Below, piece after piece: positions 1 to 9,717 of a stretch of 64,000 nucleotides of DNA; within the stretch, counting starts at the first letter, position 1; each line of letters begins with the position of its first letter. The DNA comes from an uncultured Gemmatimonadales bacterium (GTDB lineage: Bacteria > Gemmatimonadota > Gemmatimonadetes > Gemmatimonadales > GWC2-71-9), in the NCBI GenBank assembly GCA_963779755.1, contig CAVZZO010000001.1:2112001-2176000 (forward strand), written 5' to 3'. The notes under the pieces were generated by a model. The model had not been told where the DNA came from, ran no database searches, and was given only the letters and a program-made list of their open reading frames with translations. The translations under genes were made by a program, and so were the position numbers.

Positions 1-1799
1 TGGCCCTGGCGTTCTTCCGGGCCCAGATCGTTCAGCACGAGCGCTATCAGTTGCGGGCGGAAGGCAACCGCCTGCGCCCGGTGCCGCTCACCCCGCCGCG
101 GGGCGCCATCCTCGACCGGCACGGGAACGTCATCGCCGAGAACGTGCCGGGATATTCGGTCAAGCTGCTGGCCTCCTCGGAGGACTCGCTCCGCGCCGTG
201 CTGGCGCGGATGCAGGCCTACGTGCCGCTCGATTCCAGCGCCGTCCAGGACGTCGTGACCCGGTACCGCGCCTCCCGCTACCAGCCCGCCGTGGTGCTGG
301 GCGATGCCGATTTTCCGACCGTGGCGCGGCTGGAGGAGCACCGGATCCGGCTGCCCGGCCTGGTGATCCAGGCCGAGCCCAAACGGCTCTACCCGGCGGG
401 CAAGGCCGTGGCCCACCTGGTGGGCTACGTGGGCGAAGTCACCGATCCGGATCTTCAGACCGGACGCTATCCCGGGGCCCGGCTGGGCACGCTGGTCGGG
501 AAGGCGGGCCTCGAGCTGGAATACGACTCGCTGCTGCGCGGGACGCCGGGCGTGCGCTACGTCGAGGTGGATGTCCGGGGACGCATGGTGCGGGAGGAAG
601 GCGCGGCGCCCACCCTGCTGCCGGTCGCCGGCGCGCCGATCAAGACCACGGTGGATCTCCCGCTGCAGGAATTCATCGACAGCCTCTGGCCACCAGGGGT
701 GCGGGGCGCGGCGGTTGCCATGACGCCCGACGGGCAGATCCTCGCGCTCTATTCCGCGCCCACCTACGACCCGAACGAGTTTATCGGAGGCATCTCCAGC
801 GCGCTCTGGCGGCGGCTGAACTCCGATTCCGCCAACCCGCTGCTGAACCGCGCCATCCAGGCGCGCTATGCGCCCGCCTCGCCCTTCAAGCTCGCGATGG
901 CGATCATCGGTATGCGGCGCGGGCTCGTCAACATCCACTCGCACATGGATATCCCGTGTAGGGGCGGCCTGCAGTATGGCAACCGGTACTTCCGCTGCTG
1001 GAAACCGGAAGGGCATGGCTCGCTTGACCTGCTGGGCGCCATCGCGCAGAGCTGTGATGTGTACTTCTATCAACTGGGGCTCAAGCTCGGTCTCAATGCC
1101 ATTCTGGAGGAAGGGGTCCGGCTGGGGTTCCGCGAACGCACCGGCGTGGACCTGCAGTACGAACAGACGCCCATCTTCCCCGCCTCCCGCGCGTACTACG
1201 ACCGGCGCTACGGTCCCCGCGGCTGGGTCGAGGGCAGCACCGCGCTCAATCTGTCCATCGGCCAGGGCGAAAACGATCAGACCCCGATCGGGATGACCAC
1301 CTTCTATGAGGGGCTGGCGAACGGCGGGATCGAACATGTGCCCTATCTGGTGCGGCCCACCAGCCCCGAAGTGCGCGATTTCCACCTGACGCCGAAGGAA
1401 GCCGAGGACCTCCGGATGGCGCTGGCGACGGTGGTCACCCGGGGCACCGCGGCCGCCAGCCAGTCGGCCCGGTTCACCTTTGCGGGGAAGACCGGCACGG
1501 CCCAGAATCCGTTCGGCAAGGATCACGGCTGGTTTATCGGGTTTGCGCCGGCGGAAAACCCCAGGATCGTGATCGGCATGGTCATGGAGTTCGCCGAGCA
1601 CGGCACGGTCGTCGCCCCCTATGTGGCGCGGGTGGCGGGGCGGTACCTGCTGGGCCCGGATGAGCCTGTCCTGAAGCAGCTGAAGGTGGCGGCGCCCCAG
1701 GATTCGGCGCCCCGGGCCGTGGAGATCAGGCCGCAGCCCGCGGCGCCGGCCCGGCCGGATAGCGGCGGTGTCCGCCGCCCCGGACCGGTCCTGCCATGA
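1..1799 (+). CDS. mrdA: Penicillin-binding protein 2 (5'-truncated by window edge)
   Basis: RGAILDR dimerisation motif; SPFK (SxxK), SCD and KTGT transpeptidase motifs; frame open to the window start; directly upstream of rodA. Confidence 0.93.
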   Translation, partial: ALAFFRAQIVQHERYQLRAEGNRLRPVPLTPPRGAILDRHGNVIAENVPGYSVKLLASSEDSLRAVLARMQAYVPLDSSAVQDVVTRYRASRYQPAVVLGDADFPTVARLEEHRIRLPGLVIQAEPKRLYPAGKAVAHLVGYVGEVTDPDLQTGRYPGARLGTLVGKAGLELEYDSLLRGTPGVRYVEVDVRGRMVREEGAAPTLLPVAGAPIKTTVDLPLQEFIDSLWPPGVRGAAVAMTPDGQILALYSAPTYDPNEFIGGISSALWRRLNSDSANPLLNRAIQARYAPASPFKLAMAIIGMRRGLVNIHSHMDIPCRGGLQYGNRYFRCWKPEGHGSLDLLGAIAQSCDVYFYQLGLKLGLNAILEEGVRLGFRERTGVDLQYEQTPIFPASRAYYDRRYGPRGWVEGSTALNLSIGQGENDQTPIGMTTFYEGLANGGIEHVPYLVRPTSPEVRDFHLTPKEAEDLRMALATVVTRGTAAASQSARFTFAGKTGTAQNPFGKDHGWFIGFAPAENPRIVIGMVMEFAEHGTVVAPYVARVAGRYLLGPDEPVLKQLKVAAPQDSAPRAVEIRPQPAAPARPDSGGVRRPGPVLP

Positions 1800-3037
1800 G
1801 GCGCCTGGGGCTGGACCGGCAGTTGCTGGCGGCGGTGATCATCCTGGTCGTCTTCGGCCTGCTGAACCTGTATTCCGCGGGGCAGACCGACATTCCCACT
1901 GCCGCCCACAACGTGTGGCAGCGCCAGCTGGTCTGGCTCGGGCTGGGCGTCATCTTCGGCTGGCTCGCCTTCCGGGTGAGCCCCAGGCTGCTGGAGTGGG
2001 CGGCCCCCTGGCTCTACGGCATCGCTCTGATTCTGCTGCTCATCACCCTGGCGGTGGGCACCGGCGCGGGCACCGCCGCCGGCACCAGGAGCTGGCTGGC
2101 GATCGGCGGGCATCAGATCGGCCAGCCGGCCGAAGTCGCCAAACTGGCTGTGGTCCTGATGCTGGCCCGCTATCTCTCGGGCCGCCGTGAGGCGCCGCGG
2201 AATCTGCGCGATCTGGTCATGCCCTGTCTCATTGCCGGCGTGCCCTTCCTGCTGGTGCTGAAACAGCCGGACCTGGGCAGCGCCCTGGTCTTCATCGGGA
2301 TTCTCTTCGCCATGCTGTTCTGGGCCGGGGTGCGGCCCGCACTCCTGGTCCTGCTGGCCTCCCCCGCCGTGAGTCTCCTGCTGGCGTTCAATACCTGGAC
2401 CTGGATCGGGTGGATGCTGCTGCTGGTGGTGCTGCTGCTGGTCTGGCGGCCTTTCGCGTACGAGGCGGTGGTGGTGGGGGTTGTCAATGCCATGATGGGG
2501 TTCATCGCAATGCCCCTCTGGCGCGGCCTCGCGCCCTACCAGCAGAACCGGCTGCTCACCTTTCTCAATCCCGAGATCGACCCCCGGGATGCCGGCTACC
2601 ACGCCATCCAGTCCAAGGTGGCCATCGGCTCGGGCGGCCTGTTCGGCAATGGCTGGCTCGAGGGGCCGCAGAAGCGGCTGGCCTTTCTGCCCGCCCAGCA
2701 CACCGACTTCGTGTTCTCCGTCTGGGGGGAGGAACTGGGGTTCCTGGGGGTGATGGCGGCCCTCATCGCCTTCTTTCTGCTGTTCTGGGCCATGGTGCGG
2801 ATCGCCCGCCGGGCCACCGATCCCTTCAGCAGCCTGGTCGTCTTTGGTATCCTGGGCCTCCTCTTCACCCACGTCTGGGAAAACGTGGGAATGACGGTCA
2901 ATATCATGCCGATTACCGGTATTCCCCTCCCGTTCTTCTCCTACGGCGGGTCCTTCCTCCTGGCCACCTCCCTGGGGCTGGGCATGGTTCTGCGGGTGGC
3001 CTGGGACGCGAGGCTATCCGGCTATGCCGATATCTGA
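1796..3037 (+). CDS. rodA: Rod shape-determining SEDS protein RodA
   Basis: Multi-TM protein with QPAE, QPDLG, AIGSGG, HTDF and GIPLPFFSYGGS motifs; ATGA overlap with mrdA. Confidence 0.95.
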   Translation: MRRLGLDRQLLAAVIILVVFGLLNLYSAGQTDIPTAAHNVWQRQLVWLGLGVIFGWLAFRVSPRLLEWAAPWLYGIALILLLITLAVGTGAGTAAGTRSWLAIGGHQIGQPAEVAKLAVVLMLARYLSGRREAPRNLRDLVMPCLIAGVPFLLVLKQPDLGSALVFIGILFAMLFWAGVRPALLVLLASPAVSLLLAFNTWTWIGWMLLLVVLLLVWRPFAYEAVVVGVVNAMMGFIAMPLWRGLAPYQQNRLLTFLNPEIDPRDAGYHAIQSKVAIGSGGLFGNGWLEGPQKRLAFLPAQHTDFVFSVWGEELGFLGVMAALIAFFLLFWAMVRIARRATDPFSSLVVFGILGLLFTHVWENVGMTVNIMPITGIPLPFFSYGGSFLLATSLGLGMVLRVAWDARLSGYADI

Positions 3038-3127
3038 CAACGAGTTAGCTGTCAAGGTCTAGCGTTGCCCCCCGGTCCTCCCCAGATTAGGAGGCCCATT
3101 GATCTCGATCGATAGCCTATGGCCGTT

Positions 3128-3985
3128 ATGGCATGGTTCAAGAAGGAGCGCAAACCTCGGACGTCGCGGCGCGAGCGGCTGGAGATCCCGGCCGACGCCT
3201 GGGAGAAGTGCGACCAGTGCGGCCACGTGGACATCCGGGAGCGCTTCGAGAAGGCGCTCAATGTCTGCCCGGAATGCGGGCATCACCGGCGCTTCAGCGC
3301 CGAGGAATACATCGAGCTGCTGACCGATGCCGGAACCTGGCGCGAGCTCTACGGCAATCTCCGCTCCGAAGACCCGCTGCAGTTCGAGGGGTATGCCGAG
3401 CGTAGCGCCGCCGCCTACCAGAAGGCTGGCCACGCCGATGCCATCTTTACCGGCTCCGCCCGCATCGAAGGATTGAGCTACCATCTGGGCGTCATGAACT
3501 TTGCCTTCATGGGCGGGTCGATGGGGTCGGTCGTGGGCGAGAAGATCGCCCGGCTGGCGCGCCGCAGCGCGGAAAAGCGGCTGCCCCTGGCCCTGGTCTG
3601 TACCTCCGGCGGGGCCCGCATGCAGGAGGGCGTGCTCTCCCTGATGCAGATGGCCAAGACCAGCGCCATGATCGCCCAGCTGCACCGCCTCTCCGTCCCC
3701 TACGTGTCCATCCTGACCAATCCCACCACCGGCGGCGTCTCCGCCAGCTTCGCCATGCAGGGCGACGCCATCGTGGCCGAGCCGGGGGCGGTGATCGGGT
3801 TCGCCGGCCAGCGGGTCATCAAGCAGACCATCGGGCAGGACCTGCCCGAAGGGTTCCAGACCGCCGAATTCCTGCTGGACCACGGTCAGATCGACGACGT
3901 GGTACCCCGGGCCTCGCTGCGCGAGACGCTGGCCCGGCTGTTCCGGCATATGCAGGGCGAGCGGCCGTTGGAACTGGAAGCCTGA
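3128..3985 (+). CDS. accD: Acetyl-CoA carboxylase carboxyltransferase beta subunit
   Basis: WEKCxxC...CPECG zinc finger, FMGGSMG, SGGARMQEG, PTTGGVSAS; start 3128 (MAWFKK) or 3119. Confidence 0.95.
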   Translation: MAWFKKERKPRTSRRERLEIPADAWEKCDQCGHVDIRERFEKALNVCPECGHHRRFSAEEYIELLTDAGTWRELYGNLRSEDPLQFEGYAERSAAAYQKAGHADAIFTGSARIEGLSYHLGVMNFAFMGGSMGSVVGEKIARLARRSAEKRLPLALVCTSGGARMQEGVLSLMQMAKTSAMIAQLHRLSVPYVSILTNPTTGGVSASFAMQGDAIVAEPGAVIGFAGQRVIKQTIGQDLPEGFQTAEFLLDHGQIDDVVPRASLRETLARLFRHMQGERPLELEA

Positions 3986-3989
3986 ACAG

Positions 3990-4130
3990 CAGGGACCAGG
4001 GACAGGGCGGGGAGCGGGAGAAGGGAATCGGGAATGGGAAGGCGTGAGGCGTGAGAGGCGACGTCTCACGCCTTACGTCTTACGGGGCGATTCCCCTTTC
4101 CCTTTTCCCGGTTCCCGTTTCCCTTTCCCG
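3990..4130. repeat. Nested inverted heptamer-array hairpin (GGGA-rich arm, GCGTGAG core, CTTACG and TTCCC arms)
   Basis: aggcgtgaga (4047-4056) pairs with tctcacgcct (4064-4073); outer GGGAAT-like and ATTCCC-like 7-mer runs are complementary. Confidence 0.8.
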
Positions 4131-4132
4131 CC

Positions 4133-5356
4133 ATGCCACTCTCCTACGGCGAGGCGCTCGGCTTCCTGTTCCCCCGCACCACCACCATCAAGTTCGGCCT
4201 GGAGACGACCCGCGCCCTGCTGGAGTCGCTGGGCAACCCGCAGGCGATCTATCCTACGGTGCATATCGGCGGGACCAACGGGAAGGGAAGTGTCGCGGCG
4301 CTGGTGGCGTCCGCGCTGGAGGAGGCGGGCTGGCGCGTGGGCCTCTATACCTCGCCGCACCTGGTGAGCTTCCGCGAGCGTATCACCGTCAACGGCGTGC
4401 CCGTCAGCGAGGACGCCGTGGCCTGCTGGACCGACCGGCTGCTGCCCCTCCTGCACCGGCATCAGGCGACGTTCTTCGAGGCCAGCACGGCCCTCGCCTT
4501 CGCCGATTTCGCCGCCCGCGGGGCGGAGATCGCCGTCATCGAGGTGGGGCTGGGGGGGCGGCTCGACAGCACTAATGTGATCACCCCGCTGGCGTCGGGG
4601 GTGACCCACATTGCCTGGGATCACATGAAATACCTGGGCAACACGCTGGAGGCGATCGCCCGGGAGAAGGCGGGGATCGCGAAGCCGGGCGTCCCGTTCA
4701 TCATCGGCGAGCGCGATCCGGCGCTGGCCGCCGTGATCCGCCACGAGGCCGGTCGGCTGGAGGCGCACGCGCACATCCATCAGGTCCCGCCGGAGCGCCG
4801 CTGGGAGGGGCCGCTGGGGCTGGTAGGGCCGCACCAGCGCCGCAACGCCGCGGTGGCCGAGGCGTTGCTGCAGGCCCTGCCGCCGCCGTGGCGACCGGCG
4901 GCCGACGAGATCCGACGCGGGTTCGGCCGGACCCGGGTAGCCGGCCGGTTCGATCGCCGGGGCAAGTGGCTCTTCGATGTGGCGCACAACGCCGACGGCA
5001 TGGGGGCCTTGTTGCGGGCGCTGGAGACGGAGCCCCCCCGGCGTCCGCTGCATGCGCTGGTTTCCATTCTGGGAGACAAGCCCTGGGCCGAAATGCTGGT
5101 GCTGCTGGACACGGTGATCGATCGCGGGATTCTGACGTTCGCGCCGACCGCGGCGGATCGCGGCTGGGACGCGGACTGGCTGCAGGACTGGTTGCACCGG
5201 GCCGACCGGCCGCCGGCCCGTGCCCAGTGGTCGCTGGTGGCCGGCTTCGAGCAGGCAATCGCCCAGGTGCAGGAGGGCGCGGGAACCGTGCTGGTGACCG
5301 GGAGCTTTCACACCGTGGGGGACGTGATGGATGTGCTTGGGCTGGGGGCGTTGTGA
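4133..5356 (+). CDS. folC: Folylpolyglutamate synthase/dihydrofolate synthase
   Basis: HIGGTNGKGS, YTSPHL, EVGLGGRLDSTNV, DVAHN, VTGSF motifs. Confidence 0.95.
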   Translation: MPLSYGEALGFLFPRTTTIKFGLETTRALLESLGNPQAIYPTVHIGGTNGKGSVAALVASALEEAGWRVGLYTSPHLVSFRERITVNGVPVSEDAVACWTDRLLPLLHRHQATFFEASTALAFADFAARGAEIAVIEVGLGGRLDSTNVITPLASGVTHIAWDHMKYLGNTLEAIAREKAGIAKPGVPFIIGERDPALAAVIRHEAGRLEAHAHIHQVPPERRWEGPLGLVGPHQRRNAAVAEALLQALPPPWRPAADEIRRGFGRTRVAGRFDRRGKWLFDVAHNADGMGALLRALETEPPRRPLHALVSILGDKPWAEMLVLLDTVIDRGILTFAPTAADRGWDADWLQDWLHRADRPPARAQWSLVAGFEQAIAQVQEGAGTVLVTGSFHTVGDVMDVLGLGAL

Positions 5357-6768
5357 TGACGGCGAGACGGCAGGACGGCAGGACGGCAAGGCGGCAAGGC
5401 GGCACGTCGGCAAGACGGCAGGGCGGCCGGGTGTGCCTGGTGGGGGCCGCGCTCCTGGCGGTTGCCTGGGGTTGCGCGAAGCCCGCAGCTGCGCCGGGGC
5501 CGGCGGTGCCAATCGTCACCGAGCTTCCGGTCACGGAGTTCGGGTACCACAACGAGACCTCGGTCGCGGTGGATCCCGGGGCGCCGGGGCGCGTGGCCGT
5601 CGCCTACCAGGTACCGGCCAGCGTGTCCTGGTCGGCCGACAGCGGCCGGACCTGGGCCGGCGGGTCGCTTCCCGGCGTGGGGGCATTCCAGCTCTCGGGC
5701 GATCCCTCGGTCTTCTATGACGACCGGGGGCATCTGTATGCCCTCTATATCGCCTTCGACCGGCCGGACGACTACGACACCCTGGGACGCTCGGCGCACC
5801 GGAACGGAATCTTCCTGAACCGCTCCGACGACGGAGGGCAGACCTGGAACGCCCAGGCGTCGCCGGTGATCTTCCAGCCGGAGAAGCCGGGTATTCCGTT
5901 CGAAGACAAACCGATGGGCACCGCGGATGACGCGGTCCGCTCGCCCTGGCGGGGCAACGTCTATGTCGCGTGGACCGAGTTCCGCCGGCACGAGACCGTC
6001 ATCCTCTTCAGCCGCTCTACCGACGGCGGCCGGAGCTTCCAGCCGCCGATGGTCATCAGCGATCACCCGGGCAGCCCGAAGGACAGCGTGGGCGCCGCGG
6101 AGGGAACGGATGTGGCGGTGGCCGCCGACGGCACGGTGTTCGTGGTCTGGAGCGATTCCACCGGCATCCTGCTCGACCGCTCCACCGACGGAGGCGTCAC
6201 CTTCGGGGCCGACCAGCTGGTGGCGCCGACCGGCGACATCGTCTTCAACGTGGCGGGGGTGGCGCGGGTGAACGGCTATCCCAGCCTGGAGATCGACCGC
6301 TCCAGCGGGCGGATGTACATCATCTGGGTGGAGCCGCGGGGCGAGCGGACCGGTATTCTGCTGGCGCGTTCGGCCGACGGGGGCGACCGCTGGTCCCCGC
6401 CGCACGAGATCCCGGCCGCGGTGCCGCCGGCCCCCGGCAGCCGGTTCTTCGCCTGGCTGGGGCTCGACCAGAAGACCGGCGCCCTGGTGCTGGGCTATTA
6501 CGAAGCCACTGCTGGCGGGCGGCTGAGCTACAACCTGGGCTGGTCGCGGGATAGCGGTGCCAGCTTCGGCGCGTGGCCCTGGAGCCGGGAGGCGTTCCGG
6601 CCCGGCGGCGAGTTCCTGGGCGACTACACCGGGGTCGCGGCCGCGGGTGGCGTGGCCTACGCGGCCTGGACTGTGACGGCCCCGGGGGACAGTCTGAGCG
6701 CCGGGCTGCACTCGCGGGCACACCACACCCGGGTGACGGTCGGCCGGGCGATGCTGGGGGCGCCCTAG
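5356..6768 (+). CDS. BNR/Asp-box (sialidase-like beta-propeller) lipoprotein
   Basis: ATG overlaps the folC stop (TGATG); lipobox-like AWGC; six Asp-boxes (SADSGRTW, SDDGGQTW, STDGGRSF, STDGGVTF, SADGGDRW, SRDSGASF). Confidence 0.75.
   Translation: MTARRQDGRTARRQGGTSARRQGGRVCLVGAALLAVAWGCAKPAAAPGPAVPIVTELPVTEFGYHNETSVAVDPGAPGRVAVAYQVPASVSWSADSGRTWAGGSLPGVGAFQLSGDPSVFYDDRGHLYALYIAFDRPDDYDTLGRSAHRNGIFLNRSDDGGQTWNAQASPVIFQPEKPGIPFEDKPMGTADDAVRSPWRGNVYVAWTEFRRHETVILFSRSTDGGRSFQPPMVISDHPGSPKDSVGAAEGTDVAVAADGTVFVVWSDSTGILLDRSTDGGVTFGADQLVAPTGDIVFNVAGVARVNGYPSLEIDRSSGRMYIIWVEPRGERTGILLARSADGGDRWSPPHEIPAAVPPAPGSRFFAWLGLDQKTGALVLGYYEATAGGRLSYNLGWSRDSGASFGAWPWSREAFRPGGEFLGDYTGVAAAGGVAYAAWTVTAPGDSLSAGLHSRAHHTRVTVGRAMLGAP
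5359..5430 (+). repeat. Nine degenerate ACGGCAGG octamers
   Basis: acggcgag acggcagg acggcagg acggcaag gcggcaag gcggcacg tcggcaag acggcagg gcggccgg. Confidence 0.85.
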
Positions 6769-6825
6769 CTGCCGGTGGGCTGCGGCGTCCTCCCGTCTGC
6801 CCTCCGCACCGTCTATCTTCCGCCC

Positions 6826-8163
6826 ATGCAAATCCAGGCCCTGCCGGGCTTTCGCGATTTCTACCCCGAGGACCTCGCTCTCCGCGCCTACATCTTCGAT
6901 ACCTGGCGGTCGGTCGCCACGCGGTACGGGTTCGAGGAGTACGACGGGCCGCCCCTGGAGCCGCTCGAGTTGTACACGGCCAAGAGCGGGGCGGAAATCG
7001 TCGCCCAGCTCTACGCCTTCACCGACAAGGGCGAGCGCGAAGTGGCGCTGCGGCCGGAAATGACCCCCACGCTGGCCCGGATGGTGGCGGCGCGGGCGGC
7101 CGGGATGAAGAAGCCCATCCGCTGGTTCTCGCTGCCCCAGCTCTTCCGCTACGAGCGGCAGCAGCGGGGCCGCCTGCGGGAGCACTTCCAGCTCAACTGC
7201 GACATCATCGGCGAGGCCAGCCCGCTGGCCGATGCGGAGATCATCGCGCTGGCGGTGGACATCATCCGGGGCTTCGGCCTGACGGCGAAGGACGTCCGGG
7301 TCCGGCTGTCGGACCGGCGGGTGTTGACGAACCTGCTGCATGCCAGCGGGGTGCCGGAGGGCAACCTGCCCGATGTCTTCGCCGGCATCGACCGGATGGA
7401 ACGGCTCAAGGAAGCCGACGTCCGAGCCATCATGGCAGGGCCTGCGCCCGGCAGCGAAGAGGCAGCCGACCGTCCGGGCGTGTTCCGGCTGGAGGATGGG
7501 CTGATCAGCGACGTGCTGTCGGTCATTCGCCTGCGAACCCTGGAAGAGATTGAAGCGCAGCTGGGGACGGCGGCGGCGGACCTCGCGCCCCTGAGGCAGG
7601 TCATGGCGGCCCTGCACGACATGGGGCTGGGCGAGTTCGTGGATCTCGACCTGACCATCGTCCGGGGCCTGGCCTACTACACCGGTACGGTCTTCGAGCT
7701 GTTCGATGCGGGCCGCACCCTGCGGGCCATCTGCGGCGGCGGCCGCTACGACCGGCTGGCCGGCGCCATCGGCGGCGTGGACCTGCCCGCCGTCGGCTTC
7801 GGGTTCGGCGACGTGGTGCTGGGCGAGCTCCTCAAGGACCGCGAGCTCCTTCCCGGGCGCGGCGCGGGGCTCGATGTGTTCATCGCCGGCGTCACCCCGG
7901 AGGACACCGGGCACGTCCTGGCCCTGGCGCATCAGCTCCGGGATGCAGGCTTCCGCGTCGAGTTTGCCCTGGGCGGCCAGGCGCTGGGCAAGCAGCTCAA
8001 GCTGGCCGACAGCCGGAACGCGTGGGCCGCCATCGTGATCGGCCCCGACGACCGGGCGAAGGGCGAGGTGGTGCTGCGGGACCTGCGGGCGAAGTCGCAA
8101 GGCGCCGTCCGCCGCGAGGAGATCACGACGGTACTGGGGCAACTGATAAGGAGTCAGGAGTGA
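6826..8163 (+). CDS. hisS: Histidine--tRNA ligase
   Basis: PGFRDF, LRPEMT, FRYERQQRGRLREHFQ, VRGLAYYTG, GGGRYD. Confidence 0.96.
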   Translation: MQIQALPGFRDFYPEDLALRAYIFDTWRSVATRYGFEEYDGPPLEPLELYTAKSGAEIVAQLYAFTDKGEREVALRPEMTPTLARMVAARAAGMKKPIRWFSLPQLFRYERQQRGRLREHFQLNCDIIGEASPLADAEIIALAVDIIRGFGLTAKDVRVRLSDRRVLTNLLHASGVPEGNLPDVFAGIDRMERLKEADVRAIMAGPAPGSEEAADRPGVFRLEDGLISDVLSVIRLRTLEEIEAQLGTAAADLAPLRQVMAALHDMGLGEFVDLDLTIVRGLAYYTGTVFELFDAGRTLRAICGGGRYDRLAGAIGGVDLPAVGFGFGDVVLGELLKDRELLPGRGAGLDVFIAGVTPEDTGHVLALAHQLRDAGFRVEFALGGQALGKQLKLADSRNAWAAIVIGPDDRAKGEVVLRDLRAKSQGAVRREEITTVLGQLIRSQE

Positions 8164-8229
8164 GGAATGGGGGTTGAAGGGGCACCGCTTGACCTCCTCG
8201 ACCCTCTCGACCCCCTCGACCTGTTGACG
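8151..8229 (+). repeat. Short-unit repeat junction (G-rich 7-mers, then TCGACCCyy 9-mers)
   Basis: gagtcag gagtgag gaatggg ... ttgacctcc tcgaccctc tcgaccccc tcgacctgt. Confidence 0.6.
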
Positions 8230-8271
8230 AGCGCAGCGATCTCCACGAGCACTCACGACCAGACGAACGGT

Positions 8272-9717
8272 ATGGCCGATACAAAGATCACCCCCCGCGC
8301 CCAGGACTTCAGCGCCTGGTATAACGACGTCATCATGCGGGCCGAGCTGGCGGACTACAGTCCGGTGCGCGGCTGTATGGTGATCCGTCCCAACGGCTAC
8401 GCCATCTGGGAGCAGATGCAGCGCGCCCTGGACGACATGTTCAAGGCCACCGGGCATCAGAACGCCTATTTCCCGCTGTTCATTCCGCAGAGCTTCCTGG
8501 CGCGGGAAGCGGAGCACGTGGAGGGGTTCGCTCCCGAGACGGCGGTGGTCACCCACGGCGGCGGCAAGGAGCTGGAGGAGCCGCTGGTGGTGCGGCCGAC
8601 CTCGGAGACCATCATCTATGCCATGTTCAGCAAGTGGATCCAGAGCTATCGCGATCTCCCGCTGCTGATCAACCAGTGGGCCAACGTGGTGCGCTGGGAG
8701 CTACGCACGCGGCTCTTTCTGCGCACCACCGAATTCCTCTGGCAGGAGGGCCATACCGCCCACGCCTCGGAGGCGGAGGCGGAGACGGAGACGGTCCGGA
8801 TGCTGGGCGTGTACCGCACCTTCATGGAAGAATGGATGGCTATGCCGGTGCTCACCGGCCTCAAGACCCCCGCCGAGAAGTTCGCCGGCGCCCTCCGGAC
8901 CTACGCCTGCGAAGCGCTGATGCAGGACAACCGCGCGCTGCAGGCCGGCACCAGCCACAACCTGGGACAGAACTTCGCCCGCGCGTTCGACGTGACCTTC
9001 CAGACCGCCGAGGGCGGCCTGGACCATGTCTGGAGCACCTCGTGGGGCGTCTCCACCCGCCTGGTGGGTGCGCTCATCATGACGCACGGCGACGACAAGG
9101 GGATGGTGTGTCCTCCCCGGCTGGCGCAGCATCAGGTGGTCATCGTCCCCATCTACAAACAGGACGAAGAACGCGCCGGGGTCCTGGAGGCGGCGGAACG
9201 GATGCGGCAGGAGCTGGCCGCCGCGGGTCTGCGCTGCCATCTCGATGCCCGGGAAGGGATGACCCCGGGAGCCAAGTACTACGAATGGGAGGCCCGGGGA
9301 ACCCCGCTGCGCCTGGAGCTGGGGCCGCGCGATCTGGCGGGCGGGACCGTCATGCTGGCACGCCGCACCGGCGGCCGGAAGGAGCCGTTGCCGCGGGCCG
9401 GCCTCGCGGCCCGGCTGCTGGAGGAGAGCGACACCATGCAGCAGACGCTGCTGGCCGCCGCCCGGGAGCGGCGGGAGGCCAACTCGGCTCGTGACCTGAA
9501 CCGGGAGCAGTTCCTCGAGTTCATCAACGGGCCCGGCGGGTTCGCCTACGGCGGGTACTGCGGCAATGAACGCTGCGAAGCCGAAATCAAGGAAGCCACC
9601 AAGGCCACCATCCGGGTGCTGCCCGATGCCGAGTTCCGTTCGGCCGTCCCGCCGGAGCACTGCATGTGGTGCGGCGGCGCCAGCGTGGCCGAGGCGGTGT
9701 GGGCGAAGGCGTACTGA
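8272..9717 (+). CDS. proS: Proline--tRNA ligase (archaeal/eukaryotic-like type, no INS editing domain)
   Basis: [40 protein letters not shown]-terminal Cys cluster and terminal AKAY. Confidence 0.95.
   Translation: MADTKITPRAQDFSAWYNDVIMRAELADYSPVRGCMVIRPNGYAIWEQMQRALDDMFKATGHQNAYFPLFIPQSFLAREAEHVEGFAPETAVVTHGGGKELEEPLVVRPTSETIIYAMFSKWIQSYRDLPLLINQWANVVRWELRTRLFLRTTEFLWQEGHTAHASEAEAETETVRMLGVYRTFMEEWMAMPVLTGLKTPAEKFAGALRTYACEALMQDNRALQAGTSHNLGQNFARAFDVTFQTAEGGLDHVWSTSWGVSTRLVGALIMTHGDDKGMVCPPRLAQHQVVIVPIYKQDEERAGVLEAAERMRQELAAAGLRCHLDAREGMTPGAKYYEWEARGTPLRLELGPRDLAGGTVMLARRTGGRKEPLPRAGLAARLLEESDTMQQTLLAAARERREANSARDLNREQFLEFINGPGGFAYGGYCGNERCEAEIKEATKATIRVLPDAEFRSAVPPEHCMWCGGASVAEAVWAKAY

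Noticed and set aside
4888..5355. Long N-terminal extensions in the ORF track (also for hisS, proS, purL, purQ, pssA, htrA, truA and the ECF sigma)
   Set aside because: They overlap upstream genes or repeats; family homology begins at the downstream starts used here
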